DNA of 64,000 nt from Verrucomicrobiota bacterium (GTDB lineage Bacteria > Verrucomicrobiota > Verrucomicrobiia > Opitutales > UBA953). The stretch lies in the NCBI GenBank assembly GCA_026397955.1, contig JAPLTV010000030.1, positions 117-64,116 of the forward strand, read 5' to 3'. The position numbers and the translations under genes were made by a program. The notes under the pieces were generated by a model. It searched no databases, was not told where the DNA came from, and saw only the letters and a list, made by a program, of their open reading frames with translations. Positions 8,060 through 15,458 of this stretch are shown piece by piece. Every line of letters starts with the position of its first letter. Within the stretch, counting starts at the first letter, position 1.

Positions 8060-8177
8060 GGTAGGGATATGATTGCGATCACATCCGTGGGCGGACGGAC
8101 GTCAAACGGTCGGAAGACCTGCCCGGCTCGACGCATGCGTCGATGCGAACGGCGGCCATGGCAATGGCCGCCCTACC
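8060..8177 (+). repeat. Composite 118-nt GTAGGG-bounded palindromic element (hairpin 1 + linker + core + hairpin 2)
   Basis: Aligns end to end with 13463-13580, with about 14 mismatches by my count. Termini are GGTAGGG and CCCTACC. Confidence 0.85.
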
Positions 8178-8188
8178 ACGAGACACTT

Positions 8189-8203
8189 GGTCCCGACCCT
8201 ACC
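8189..8203 (-). repeat. Short head fragment GGTCCCGACCCTACC
   Basis: Reverse complement of GGTAGGGTCGGGACC at 12126-12140. Confidence 0.6.
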
Positions 8204-8315
8204 TATCCAATTCCGCTCTGATAATGACCTATTCCGCTCAATAGATGCGAAAGGGTTGAAGAGTCGCGTGCGCTTTGGAACATCAGGGTCCCTTTTCCCG
8301 TCCTAACTTATCCCC

Positions 8316-11300
8316 ATGAGAACCCCACCCCTCGCCGCCTTCGTGTTCGCGCTGATGTCCGTCCTCGGATTGTCTGCGCAGAATAAGGAGCCGGTCGCCA
8401 AGATCGTCCTGCCGCCGGAACCCGTCGCGCAGGCCGTCACTAAGAAAATCAACATCCTCGACCTGTTCCGTGAAGGAAAGGCTGAGATGCACATCAACCC
8501 CAAGGCCGACATCAAGGACGATCCTAAGAACGTCTTTAAGTTCGAGCCCGACGGACTTTTCCACGTTAGCGGTAACGGCTACGGCGGCATTACCACCAAC
8601 GATAGTTTCAAGGACTACCACCTCGTCATCGAGTTCAAGTGGGGCGATAAGACCTGGGGCAAACGCGCCAAGGCTACGCGCGACAACGGCATCCTCGTCC
8701 ACTGCTTCGGCCCGCAGGGCGCCGTGGGTGGTAGCTGGATGGCGAGCATCGAAGCCCAGATCATCGAAGGCGGCGTGGGCGATATCCTCGTCCTCGCGCC
8801 GAAGCTCGCCGACGGCACCGTGCTGGAGGCCTCGCTCAGCGCCGAAGTCGGACTCGATCGCGACAAAGAGAAGATTTGGACCCCGGGTGCTCCGCGCCAG
8901 ACCATGAAGGGCGGCCGCCTCAATTGGCAGAAGCGCGACGTCGACTGGAAGGACACGCTCGGCTTCCGCGGCCGTGATGACGTCGAGTCGCCTGCGGGCC
9001 AGTGGACCCGTTTCGAGGTGATCGCCAAGGGCGATATGCTCCAGTATTTCGTCAACGGTGTGAAGGTGAACGAAGCCTTTGAAGTGAAGCCCAGCCAGGG
9101 CCGTATCCTCCTACAGGTCGAAGCCGCGGAGATGTTCGTCCGGCGCTATGAGCTCTACCCGCTCGGCGAGTTCAAGGAGAAGTGGGGTGCCGCCAAGCAC
9201 ACCGGACACGGTGACGGCGAAGAGTTCCCGTCCTACGCCTATCGCCCCCGTTTCCTCGATCTCTCCCCGGAGCAGATCGCGCTGAACACCCCGAAGGCCA
9301 AGCTGCCACCGGGTTTTGAAATGGTCGTCGCCGCCACCTCTCCAATGGTAGCCAATCCCACCATGGGATGCGTCGATGACCAAGGTCGCCTGTTCGTAGG
9401 CGACTCCGCTGGCGTAAATTGGAGCCCGAAGAAGTTCGAGACCGTCCTCCCTAATCGCATCCTCCTCCTGGAGGATCGCGATAAGGACGGCGTGTTCGAG
9501 CGCAGTACCGTCTTTGCGGACAAACTGGCCTATCCTAAGGGCGCCTATTTCCTGAACGGCAGCCTCTACGTGACCGATACCCCGGGCGTCTGGAAGTTCA
9601 CCGATACCGACGGCGACGGCGTCGCCGACCAGCGCGAGCTCCTCGTCGGCGGTTTCCAGTGGACCGCCAACAGCGCGGATTGCCATGGCCCGCGTCTTCA
9701 CCCCGACGGCCGCCTCTATTGGACGCACGGTCGCAAGGGACACACCATCAAGCAAAAGGACGGCACCCTCGTGCATGCCGGCCTCAATAGCGGTATCTGG
9801 TCGATGTTGCCCGACGGATCCGATGTCCGCTGGCACTCGCTCGGCTGCGCCGACAACCCTACTGGCCTCGATTTCACGCCCACCGGCGAACTCATCGGGA
9901 CCACCAATCTTTACTTCGGTAGCCCGCGCGTCGACACCCTCATGCAGTGGCAGCTCGGCGGCGTCTATGAACGCCCCGACTTCCTGCGCATCATCGCCGA
10001 CCTCCCGCGTACCCACGAGCGCATGCCTATCCTCCGCGAGCTCGGACACATGGTGCCTAGCGGCTGCGCTTTCTGGAAGAACGCCAACGCCGTCGCCACC
10101 GACGGTCATCCTTGGGCCGCCGATCCTGCCAACCTGCAGCTGATGGTGACCATGTATAACTCGCAGAAGGTCCTGCGTTACGAGATGCAGAAGGAAGGCG
10201 CGACCTACCGCACCACCGAGCACGAATTCTTCACCGTCGACCGTAAAGGATCGCACCTCACCGACGTCATGGAGGCCCCTGACGGCTCGATCATCGTTTT
10301 CGATACCGGTACCTGGTATTCGCATTGCCCCTCGAGCCTGCAGGGTTCGGCTAATGTCCCCGGCATGATCTACCGCATCCGCCGCACCGCGGAAGGGAAG
10401 GCCGCGCACGCCGCCGTGCTCGCCGCCCACAAGCCTCTCGAACTCGCCAAGCCCAAGACCGACGCCGAACTCCTCGGGCAGCTCTCGTCCGCCGACCAGT
10501 CGGAAGTCCGTCGCGGACTCGAAGGCCTGACCTTCCGTGAGACCAAGTCGCCCGCTGTCACCGAAGTCGTCCGTGGACTTCTCTCCCGCGAGGCTGACCT
10601 CGTGCTCGAACACGCGATCCTCACCGCCGGCATCCGCCTCGCTGGGTTCACCGCCGCTGACCTTACCACGGCCAAGGGCCCGGTCGCTCAGGCCCGCCTG
10701 CTGCGCATCGTCTCGCAGACCCGCACCAAGGAGTCCGACTACGGCGACGTCCTCAAGTTCGCGCTCAGCCAGGCGGATTCCGCCGACGCCGCGCTCGCCA
10801 AGAACGCTTACCTTGCGCTGATTAAGGCACCTGACGCCGATGCGGTGCTCGCCCCTGTCTTCGGCCAGTGGCTCGCGCAACCCGCGCCCACCGCCACGCA
10901 GGTCGCCGCCATGGGCAAGTTCGCCAGTGCGCTCGCCGGCCAGCCTGGCGTTGCGAAGGGCATCGCCCGCATGCTCGGTCACGAGAAGGCCGCCGTCCGC
11001 CAGGCCGCGCTGCGCGCCATCGCGGCCCAGCCCGGTAAGGTCGACGCTAAGTTCTGGTTTGCGCCGCTCCAGGCGCAGCTCGCCAAGGGTGCCTCGCCCC
11101 TCTTGCTCGACGCCCTGGCTCGCGTGAAGGACAAGCGCTTCGATGAAGCGCTGAACGCGGTCTCCGTCGATACGACCAAGCCGGCTTCGCTCCGCCTCAA
11201 GGCCTTGCTTGCTCTCTCCAGCAGCGGCGAAGGCCTCAGCGACGTCGCGTTCAAGCTACTCGCCGACCTCTTCGTCGATCCCGCCAGCCCCGGATTGCGC

Positions 11301-12068
11301 ATGGATGCCGCGGCGCGTCTCGCTAACACGAAGCTTACCTCCGCGCAGTGGGATGCCTATCTGGCGCTGCTGCCCACCGCTGGCCCGCTCGAGCAGAGTG
11401 AACTCCTCGTCGCTCTGGCCATTCCGCAGATTAATAAAAATGTCTCAAAGGAGCAGGGCAGAAAAATCGCCGTCGCTCTCAGCAAATCGCCGATGCTCGG
11501 CACCTTCAGCCCGGACCTCGTGCGCAAGGCCTTTAGTTTCCTGCCGCGCGAAATCTTTGAAGTCCTCGAGCCTTCGTTTGAAGCCGCCCTTGCGGTCAAT
11601 GACGCCAAAAAGGAGCGCCTCGCCCCCCTGGCCTTGGCCGCCGCGAAGAAAGGCGACCCTGTTGCCGGTCGTGCCGTCTATGAATCCGGACGCGGCGCCT
11701 GCATCGCGTGCCACAAGATTGGCAACAAGGGCAACGAGATCGGGCCGAACTTGAGCAAAATCGGCGGCATCCGCGCCGAACGTGAAATCATCGAGAGCAT
11801 CCTTTTCCCGAGCAACAGTATCGCCCGCGACTACGATCAGAATTCGTTCCAGCTGACCGACGGGTCCAGCGTGCTCGGACTGATCAAGGCGCGTTCCGCA
11901 GAAGGCATCATGATAAAGGAAGCTTCCGGTCAGGAGCGCCTGCTGCCGACCGAGAGCGTTGCTTCATCCACTCAGCTCACCACCAGTCTCATGCCCATGG
12001 GTCTTGACGGTATGCTCAGCGAGAAGGATCTCATCGATCTCGTGGCGTATCTGCGATCTTTGCGTTGA
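8316..12068 (+). CDS. PVC-type multidomain protein: DUF1080-like jelly-roll + membrane-bound-dehydrogenase beta-propeller + HEAT repeats + C-terminal cytochrome c
   Basis: Track ORF of 1250 aa. Signal peptide. The N-terminus (HLVIEFKW, GILVH, IEAQIIEGG, RFEVIAKGDMLQYFVNG) resembles 3-keto-disaccharide hydrolase/DUF1080. PGFEMVVAATSPMVANP starts the Pirellula/Verrucomicrobium-type dehydrogenase domain. One CxxCH (CIACH) near the C-terminus. Confidence 0.85.
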   Translation: MRTPPLAAFVFALMSVLGLSAQNKEPVAKIVLPPEPVAQAVTKKINILDLFREGKAEMHINPKADIKDDPKNVFKFEPDGLFHVSGNGYGGITTNDSFKDYHLVIEFKWGDKTWGKRAKATRDNGILVHCFGPQGAVGGSWMASIEAQIIEGGVGDILVLAPKLADGTVLEASLSAEVGLDRDKEKIWTPGAPRQTMKGGRLNWQKRDVDWKDTLGFRGRDDVESPAGQWTRFEVIAKGDMLQYFVNGVKVNEAFEVKPSQGRILLQVEAAEMFVRRYELYPLGEFKEKWGAAKHTGHGDGEEFPSYAYRPRFLDLSPEQIALNTPKAKLPPGFEMVVAATSPMVANPTMGCVDDQGRLFVGDSAGVNWSPKKFETVLPNRILLLEDRDKDGVFERSTVFADKLAYPKGAYFLNGSLYVTDTPGVWKFTDTDGDGVADQRELLVGGFQWTANSADCHGPRLHPDGRLYWTHGRKGHTIKQKDGTLVHAGLNSGIWSMLPDGSDVRWHSLGCADNPTGLDFTPTGELIGTTNLYFGSPRVDTLMQWQLGGVYERPDFLRIIADLPRTHERMPILRELGHMVPSGCAFWKNANAVATDGHPWAADPANLQLMVTMYNSQKVLRYEMQKEGATYRTTEHEFFTVDRKGSHLTDVMEAPDGSIIVFDTGTWYSHCPSSLQGSANVPGMIYRIRRTAEGKAAHAAVLAAHKPLELAKPKTDAELLGQLSSADQSEVRRGLEGLTFRETKSPAVTEVVRGLLSREADLVLEHAILTAGIRLAGFTAADLTTAKGPVAQARLLRIVSQTRTKESDYGDVLKFALSQADSADAALAKNAYLALIKAPDADAVLAPVFGQWLAQPAPTATQVAAMGKFASALAGQPGVAKGIARMLGHEKAAVRQAALRAIAAQPGKVDAKFWFAPLQAQLAKGASPLLLDALARVKDKRFDEALNAVSVDTTKPASLRLKALLALSSSGEGLSDVAFKLLADLFVDPASPGLRMDAAARLANTKLTSAQWDAYLALLPTAGPLEQSELLVALAIPQINKNVSKEQGRKIAVALSKSPMLGTFSPDLVRKAFSFLPREIFEVLEPSFEAALAVNDAKKERLAPLALAAAKKGDPVAGRAVYESGRGACIACHKIGNKGNEIGPNLSKIGGIRAEREIIESILFPSNSIARDYDQNSFQLTDGSSVLGLIKARSAEGIMIKEASGQERLLPTESVASSTQLTTSLMPMGLDGMLSEKDLIDLVAYLRSLR

Positions 12069-12123
12069 GCGAAAGCGCGAGGCGCTTTCGAGGGGGCACG
12101 TGGGCAAGTTGACACGTGGGCAC
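12069..12123 (+). repeat. T module: stop-codon-adjacent hairpin + AGGGGGCACGTGGGCA-N6-CACGTGGGCA
   Basis: The CGAAAGCGC-GAG-GCGCTTTCG hairpin starts 2 nt after the TGA of 8316..12068. Homologous to 13682-13738 (minus strand). Confidence 0.8.
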
Positions 12124-12125
12124 GG

Positions 12126-12140
12126 GGTAGGGTCGGGACC
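12126..12140 (+). repeat. Short head fragment GGTAGGGTCGGGACC
   Basis: See 8189-8203. Confidence 0.6.
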
Positions 12141-12175
12141 GCGTCACGACATCGGGCCGCCGCAGGGCGGCCGAA

Positions 12176-12270
12176 GGTAGGGGCGTGGCTTCGCCGCGCT
12201 CTCCTTAGGACGGAGGGCACGATGAATCGTGCCCCTACCTTGGTTCGCCCTGCGGCGAACGAGAGACAGC
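12176..12270 (+). repeat. Y module: GGGCACGAT-GA-ATCGTGCCC-CTACC hairpin + GTTCGCC-CTGC-GGCGAAC hairpin
   Basis: Colinear with 34567-34640 in the same orientation. Confidence 0.75.
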
Positions 12271-12276
12271 TCAACA

Positions 12277-12396
12277 GGTAGGGCGGCCATTGCCATGGCC
12301 GCCGTTCGCATCGGCACGTGCGGAGAGCCGGGCTGAATCTTCTTACCATCCCAGCATCCGTCCGCCCACGGACGTGATGGCAATCACGTCCCTACC
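12277..12396 (-). repeat. Composite 120-nt GTAGGG-bounded element, inverted copy
   Basis: The reverse complement starts GGTAGGGACGTGATTGCCATCACGTCCGTGGGCGGACGGA and ends GATGCGAACGGCGGCCATGGCAATGGCCGCCCTACC. The central ~45 nt have diverged. Confidence 0.85.
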
Positions 12397-12583
12397 CCAA
12401 GAACCACAACGCCAGGGCGGGGAGGGCGAGGATCATGAGGCAGCCGCCGGAGCGAGGGCGGGAGTCTTCGTAGAGGTCGCCCATGCGGTCTTCCACCGCC
12501 TGGTCGATCTGTTCCTGGACATCGTCCGTCATGTCGTCCGGGATTTCGTTATCTTCGGTGTCTCCGTCGAAGTCATCGCTCAT
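12392..12583 (-). CDS. Small acidic tail-anchored hypothetical protein (63 aa)
   Basis: Within track ORF 12392..12619. ATG 12583 gives MSDDFDGDTEDNEIPDD...CLMILALPALALWFLG. G/C is strongly preferred at third codon positions. The TAG stop is supplied by a CCCTACC repeat head. No SD seen, and the start is uncertain (TTG 12619 is possible). Confidence 0.5.
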   Translation of the reverse strand: MSDDFDGDTEDNEIPDDMTDDVQEQIDQAVEDRMGDLYEDSRPRSGGCLMILALPALALWFLG

Positions 12584-12692
12584 GAGGCCATAGTATACCC
12601 GGGGGCAGGGGAGGCGCAAGTGGCTGACTGGACCCGCCTGTCATAGGAAACAGGCTGGAGCCTCGGCGGGGAATCCCCACGCTGACGGCAGT

Positions 12693-13424
12693 ATGGCGAC
12701 CATCCTTTGCATGAAGTGGGGCAAGAAGTACGGCCCGGAATACGTGAACCGACTCCATTCCATGGTGAGCCGCCACCTTACCATCCCGTATCGCTTCGTC
12801 TGCCTCACGGACGATAAGACCGGCCTCAACGCCGGGATCGACACGTTTCCGATTCCGAGCCTCGAACTCCCCGCCGGCGCCCCGGAGCGCGGCTGGACCA
12901 AGCTCGTCTCGTTCTCGCCCGCGCTGACTACTCCCGGCGGCCCGGAACTCAAAGGAGACATCCTCTTCCTCGATATCGACATCGTCATCGTCGGCAACAT
13001 GGACTCGTTCTTCGCGCAGCCCGGCGACTTCCTGATCATCCGCGACTGGCAGAAGGGTGACTACACCGGCAACTCCTCCGTTTACCGCTGGCGTGCTGGC
13101 ACGTATCCCGACGTCCTGGAATATTTCCGCGCGAACCTCGACGCCGTGCGTAAGCGCCATCGCAACGAGCAGGAGTTCCTCACCGCACACCTGTCCGCGC
13201 AAGGTAAGGTCAGCTATTGGCCGGAGACCTGGTGCCGCAGCTTCAAGAAGCACTGCGTGAAATATTTCCCGTTCTCCTTCTGGCAGACCCCGGAGATTCC
13301 CGAAGGCGCGAAGATCGTCGTCTTCCACGGCCTACCCAATCCGCCCGACGCGCTCGTCGGCCGCAGCGGCAAGTGGTATCGCCGCGTGCTGCCCACGGCT
13401 TGGATCGGCGAGAATTGGAAATAA
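12693..13424 (+). CDS. Putative GT-A fold glycosyltransferase (DxD motif)
   Basis: Track ORF of 243 aa. MKWGKKYGPEYVNRL at the N-terminus and FLDIDIVIVG (DxD) resemble a small nucleotide-sugar transferase family. The function assignment is tentative. Confidence 0.7.
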   Translation: MATILCMKWGKKYGPEYVNRLHSMVSRHLTIPYRFVCLTDDKTGLNAGIDTFPIPSLELPAGAPERGWTKLVSFSPALTTPGGPELKGDILFLDIDIVIVGNMDSFFAQPGDFLIIRDWQKGDYTGNSSVYRWRAGTYPDVLEYFRANLDAVRKRHRNEQEFLTAHLSAQGKVSYWPETWCRSFKKHCVKYFPFSFWQTPEIPEGAKIVVFHGLPNPPDALVGRSGKWYRRVLPTAWIGENWK

Positions 13425-13458
13425 GCGCGGGGCTCTTATTTCCAGGGGGCACGTGGGC
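13417..13458 (+). repeat. T-module-like: stop-codon hairpin + AGGGGGCACGTGGGC
   Basis: The GGAAATAAG-(9 nt)-CTTATTTCC stem includes the TAA stop of 12693..13424 and is followed by AGGGGGCACGTGGGC. Confidence 0.7.
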
Positions 13459-13462
13459 TTTA

Positions 13463-13580
13463 GGTAGGGACGTGATTGCCATCACGTCCGTGGGCGGACG
13501 GAGTTCGAATGGTCGGAAGACCTGCCCTGCTCGACGCACGTGACAATGCGAACGGCGGCCATGGCAATGGCCGCCCTACC
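13463..13580 (+). repeat. Composite 118-nt GTAGGG-bounded element
   Basis: See 8060-8177. Confidence 0.85.
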
Positions 13581-13680
13581 CAAGGCAACAAAGGGGGCTC
13601 AATGGGAAAACGGATGATTGGCTGGGGTGTTGATGCCCTCAGCTAACTTCCCGGTTTTCGGTCTCCCTTTGAATCGGCCC
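13581..13680 (+). repeat. X module, full-length copy
   Basis: Follows the composite element exactly as X follows hairpin 2 at 8001. It lacks the 7-nt CCGGAGA segment present in the other two copies. Confidence 0.7.
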
Positions 13681-13681
13681 C

Positions 13682-13738
13682 TTGTCCACGTGCCAACGTG
13701 CCCACGTGTCCCCTCGAAGGCGCTTAGCGCCTTCGCGC
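13682..13738 (-). repeat. T module (inverted), directly 3' of the minus-strand gene 13739..15190
   Basis: The reverse complement reads TAA-GCGCGAAGGCGC-TAA-GCGCCTTCGAGGGGACACGTGGGCACGTTGGCACGTGGACA. Confidence 0.8.
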
Positions 13739-15190
13739 TTACTTGCTCTCTTCGGCGGCCTCGTCGTTGGCGGCTTCTTCCTTGGCCTGGGCCTGACTGC
13801 TCAGGATGGGCTGGGCGAAGAGGCGGCCATCGGGGAGGTTGGCGATGTAGCCTTCGCCGATGAGGAACGAGAGGTCCGTGAGCACCTGCGTCTTGGCGGC
13901 GTCTTCGGCGTTCTCGCCGGCGAGGGCGAGGACGAGGTCCTTCGCCTGCTGGGCCGGCTTGCGGTCGAGCGAGTCGAAGAGCTTGGCCATCGGATCGCTG
14001 AAGGTGGACTTCGGGTCGCGGCAGCGGCGGCGCACGGAGCACGCGTAGGTGATGCCCTTCGAGCCCTTCTTATAAAGATGGAAGCCTTCCTTGCGGAGGC
14101 GGCCGCGGATACCGTTGGCAGTGTCGAGGGGGAAGGCGCGCTGCTGTTCGAGTGCGTAGCGGACGGAATCGCGGAGCGGGCCGGGATTCATCTCCTCGAG
14201 CAGGCGGCCGGCGAAGCGGACCCACGGATGGGTCTTCACCACGAGGTCCTTACGGAAGGCCTGGAGGAAACCGCGGGCGGCGTCGAGGGACTCGAGGCGC
14301 TCGGGTTCGCCTTCCTTGCGGTCCTTCGGAGCGTATTCGCTGCGGGTGGACATCGACTTCAGCCAGGCGTCGATCTGTTCCTGTTCGCGGACCATCTCGA
14401 GGCGGCCCTTGAAGGCGTCGAACGGTACGTTCGGGCAATGGCGGGCGTGATGTTCACGCAGGTTGCGCTGGTAGCTGTGGTGCGTCGGCGCGCCGAGCAG
14501 CTTGCCCGTCTGCGAGCACTTCGCGACCATCAGGAAAGAGCCCTTGGGGGCTTCGACTTCGACTTCGACGACGTCGAAGAACTTGTCGAGGTGGCGGGAC
14601 ATCACGTGCGAGACAGCGTCGCCTTCGCTAAGGAAGGGATGACCGTCGGGCACGGAGACGGCGAGCAGGGCGTCGGGGCGCTGTTCAGCTTCGAGGTGGC
14701 GGATGACGATCGAGAGACGGTCTTCCTTGTCGAGGATCAGGCGGGCGACCTCGAAGAGCTCGTAGGTCATCTTGCTCTTCTTCATGGCGCCTCCGAGGAT
14801 CTCGAACTTCGCGTCGTCGGGGAAGAAGGCGCTGGCGACGACGGGACGGAACACCGGAGCGTCTTCGAAACGGGAAGGGCCGCGGTCATCGCGACGCCGA
14901 TCGTCACGGCGGGGACCGCCAGGACCATCACGACGGGGGCCGCCGGGTCCGGCGCCAGGGCCATCACGACGAGGTCCACGGCTCTGTCCGCCGCTGGGAG
15001 GGCCACGACGGTCTCCACCAGGTCCGTCGCGGAAACGAGGGCGATCACCGTCGCGACGGGGGCCGCCGTTACCGGAGCTCACCTTCTCGGAGGGTCCGCT
15101 GACCCAAGAGGGCCCGAAACCAAGGGAAGAGAGGTCCAGTTCGAAGGACTTTTCCTTGGGAGGGTTGTTTTCGGCCGAGTCGGAGGACAT
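13739..15190 (-). CDS. Hypothetical protein with Arg/Gly/Asp/Pro-rich N-terminal low-complexity region
   Basis: Track ORF 13739..15238. I prefer ATG 15190 (MSSDSAENN...), with TTG 15238 and ATG 15232 as alternatives. Residues ~50-125 are GPRRDG-type repeats. The remaining ~350 aa look globular, with no family recognised. Confidence 0.75.
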   Translation of the reverse strand: MSSDSAENNPPKEKSFELDLSSLGFGPSWVSGPSEKVSSGNGGPRRDGDRPRFRDGPGGDRRGPPSGGQSRGPRRDGPGAGPGGPRRDGPGGPRRDDRRRDDRGPSRFEDAPVFRPVVASAFFPDDAKFEILGGAMKKSKMTYELFEVARLILDKEDRLSIVIRHLEAEQRPDALLAVSVPDGHPFLSEGDAVSHVMSRHLDKFFDVVEVEVEAPKGSFLMVAKCSQTGKLLGAPTHHSYQRNLREHHARHCPNVPFDAFKGRLEMVREQEQIDAWLKSMSTRSEYAPKDRKEGEPERLESLDAARGFLQAFRKDLVVKTHPWVRFAGRLLEEMNPGPLRDSVRYALEQQRAFPLDTANGIRGRLRKEGFHLYKKGSKGITYACSVRRRCRDPKSTFSDPMAKLFDSLDRKPAQQAKDLVLALAGENAEDAAKTQVLTDLSFLIGEGYIANLPDGRLFAQPILSSQAQAKEEAANDEAAEESK

Positions 15191-15294
15191 TGAGGAAGTG
15201 AGCGTTGGGAAAGATGACCGCTTGGCAAGCATCAGCACAATCGCTTTTTACTTGCACCAGCCGTCAGGACTTCCAGCGTGCACCTTCCTTTATT

Positions 15295-15378
15295 GCTCAG
15301 GTGGTGGAATGGCAGACACGCATGCTTGAGGTGCATGTGCCGCAAGGTGTCCGGGTTCAAGTCCCGGCCTGAGCACCA
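15295..15378 (+). tRNA. tRNA-Leu (anticodon GAG), CCA encoded
   Basis: Manual cloverleaf. Acceptor GCTCAGG/CCTGAGC. Anticodon stem CATGC/GCATG with loop TTGAGGT. Long variable arm. T-arm CCGGG-TTCAAGT-CCCGG. 3' ACCA. Confidence 0.9.
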
Positions 15379-15388
15379 ATTTAGGCTG

Positions 15389-15420
15389 GGTCGGTCCGGA
15401 AACGGGCCGGCCCTGTTTTT
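15389..15420 (+). terminator. Rho-independent terminator after tRNA-Leu
   Basis: GGTCGGTCCG-GAAA-CGGGCCGGCC forms a 10 bp stem with two G-T wobbles, followed by CTGTTTTT. Confidence 0.7.
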
Positions 15421-15458
15421 GGTTCACATCAAACCCGACACCCCGCAGTAGTAGGGAC

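Noticed and set aside
7959-8203. Possible CRISPR array, suggested by the repeated palindromic ~25-40 nt units (also at 12069-12396, 13417-13738, 34442-34660).
   Set aside because: The units belong to several different sequence families, occur in both orientations and have irregular spacing. The intervening sequence is itself repeated. No cas genes are present. This fits REP/BIME-like mosaics, not CRISPR.
15295-15378. tRNA-Leu genes (15295-15378 and 41376-41460) as integration sites of a genomic island.
   Set aside because: There is no integrase, no direct repeat of a tRNA 3' end and no compositional break. The flanking genes are housekeeping.
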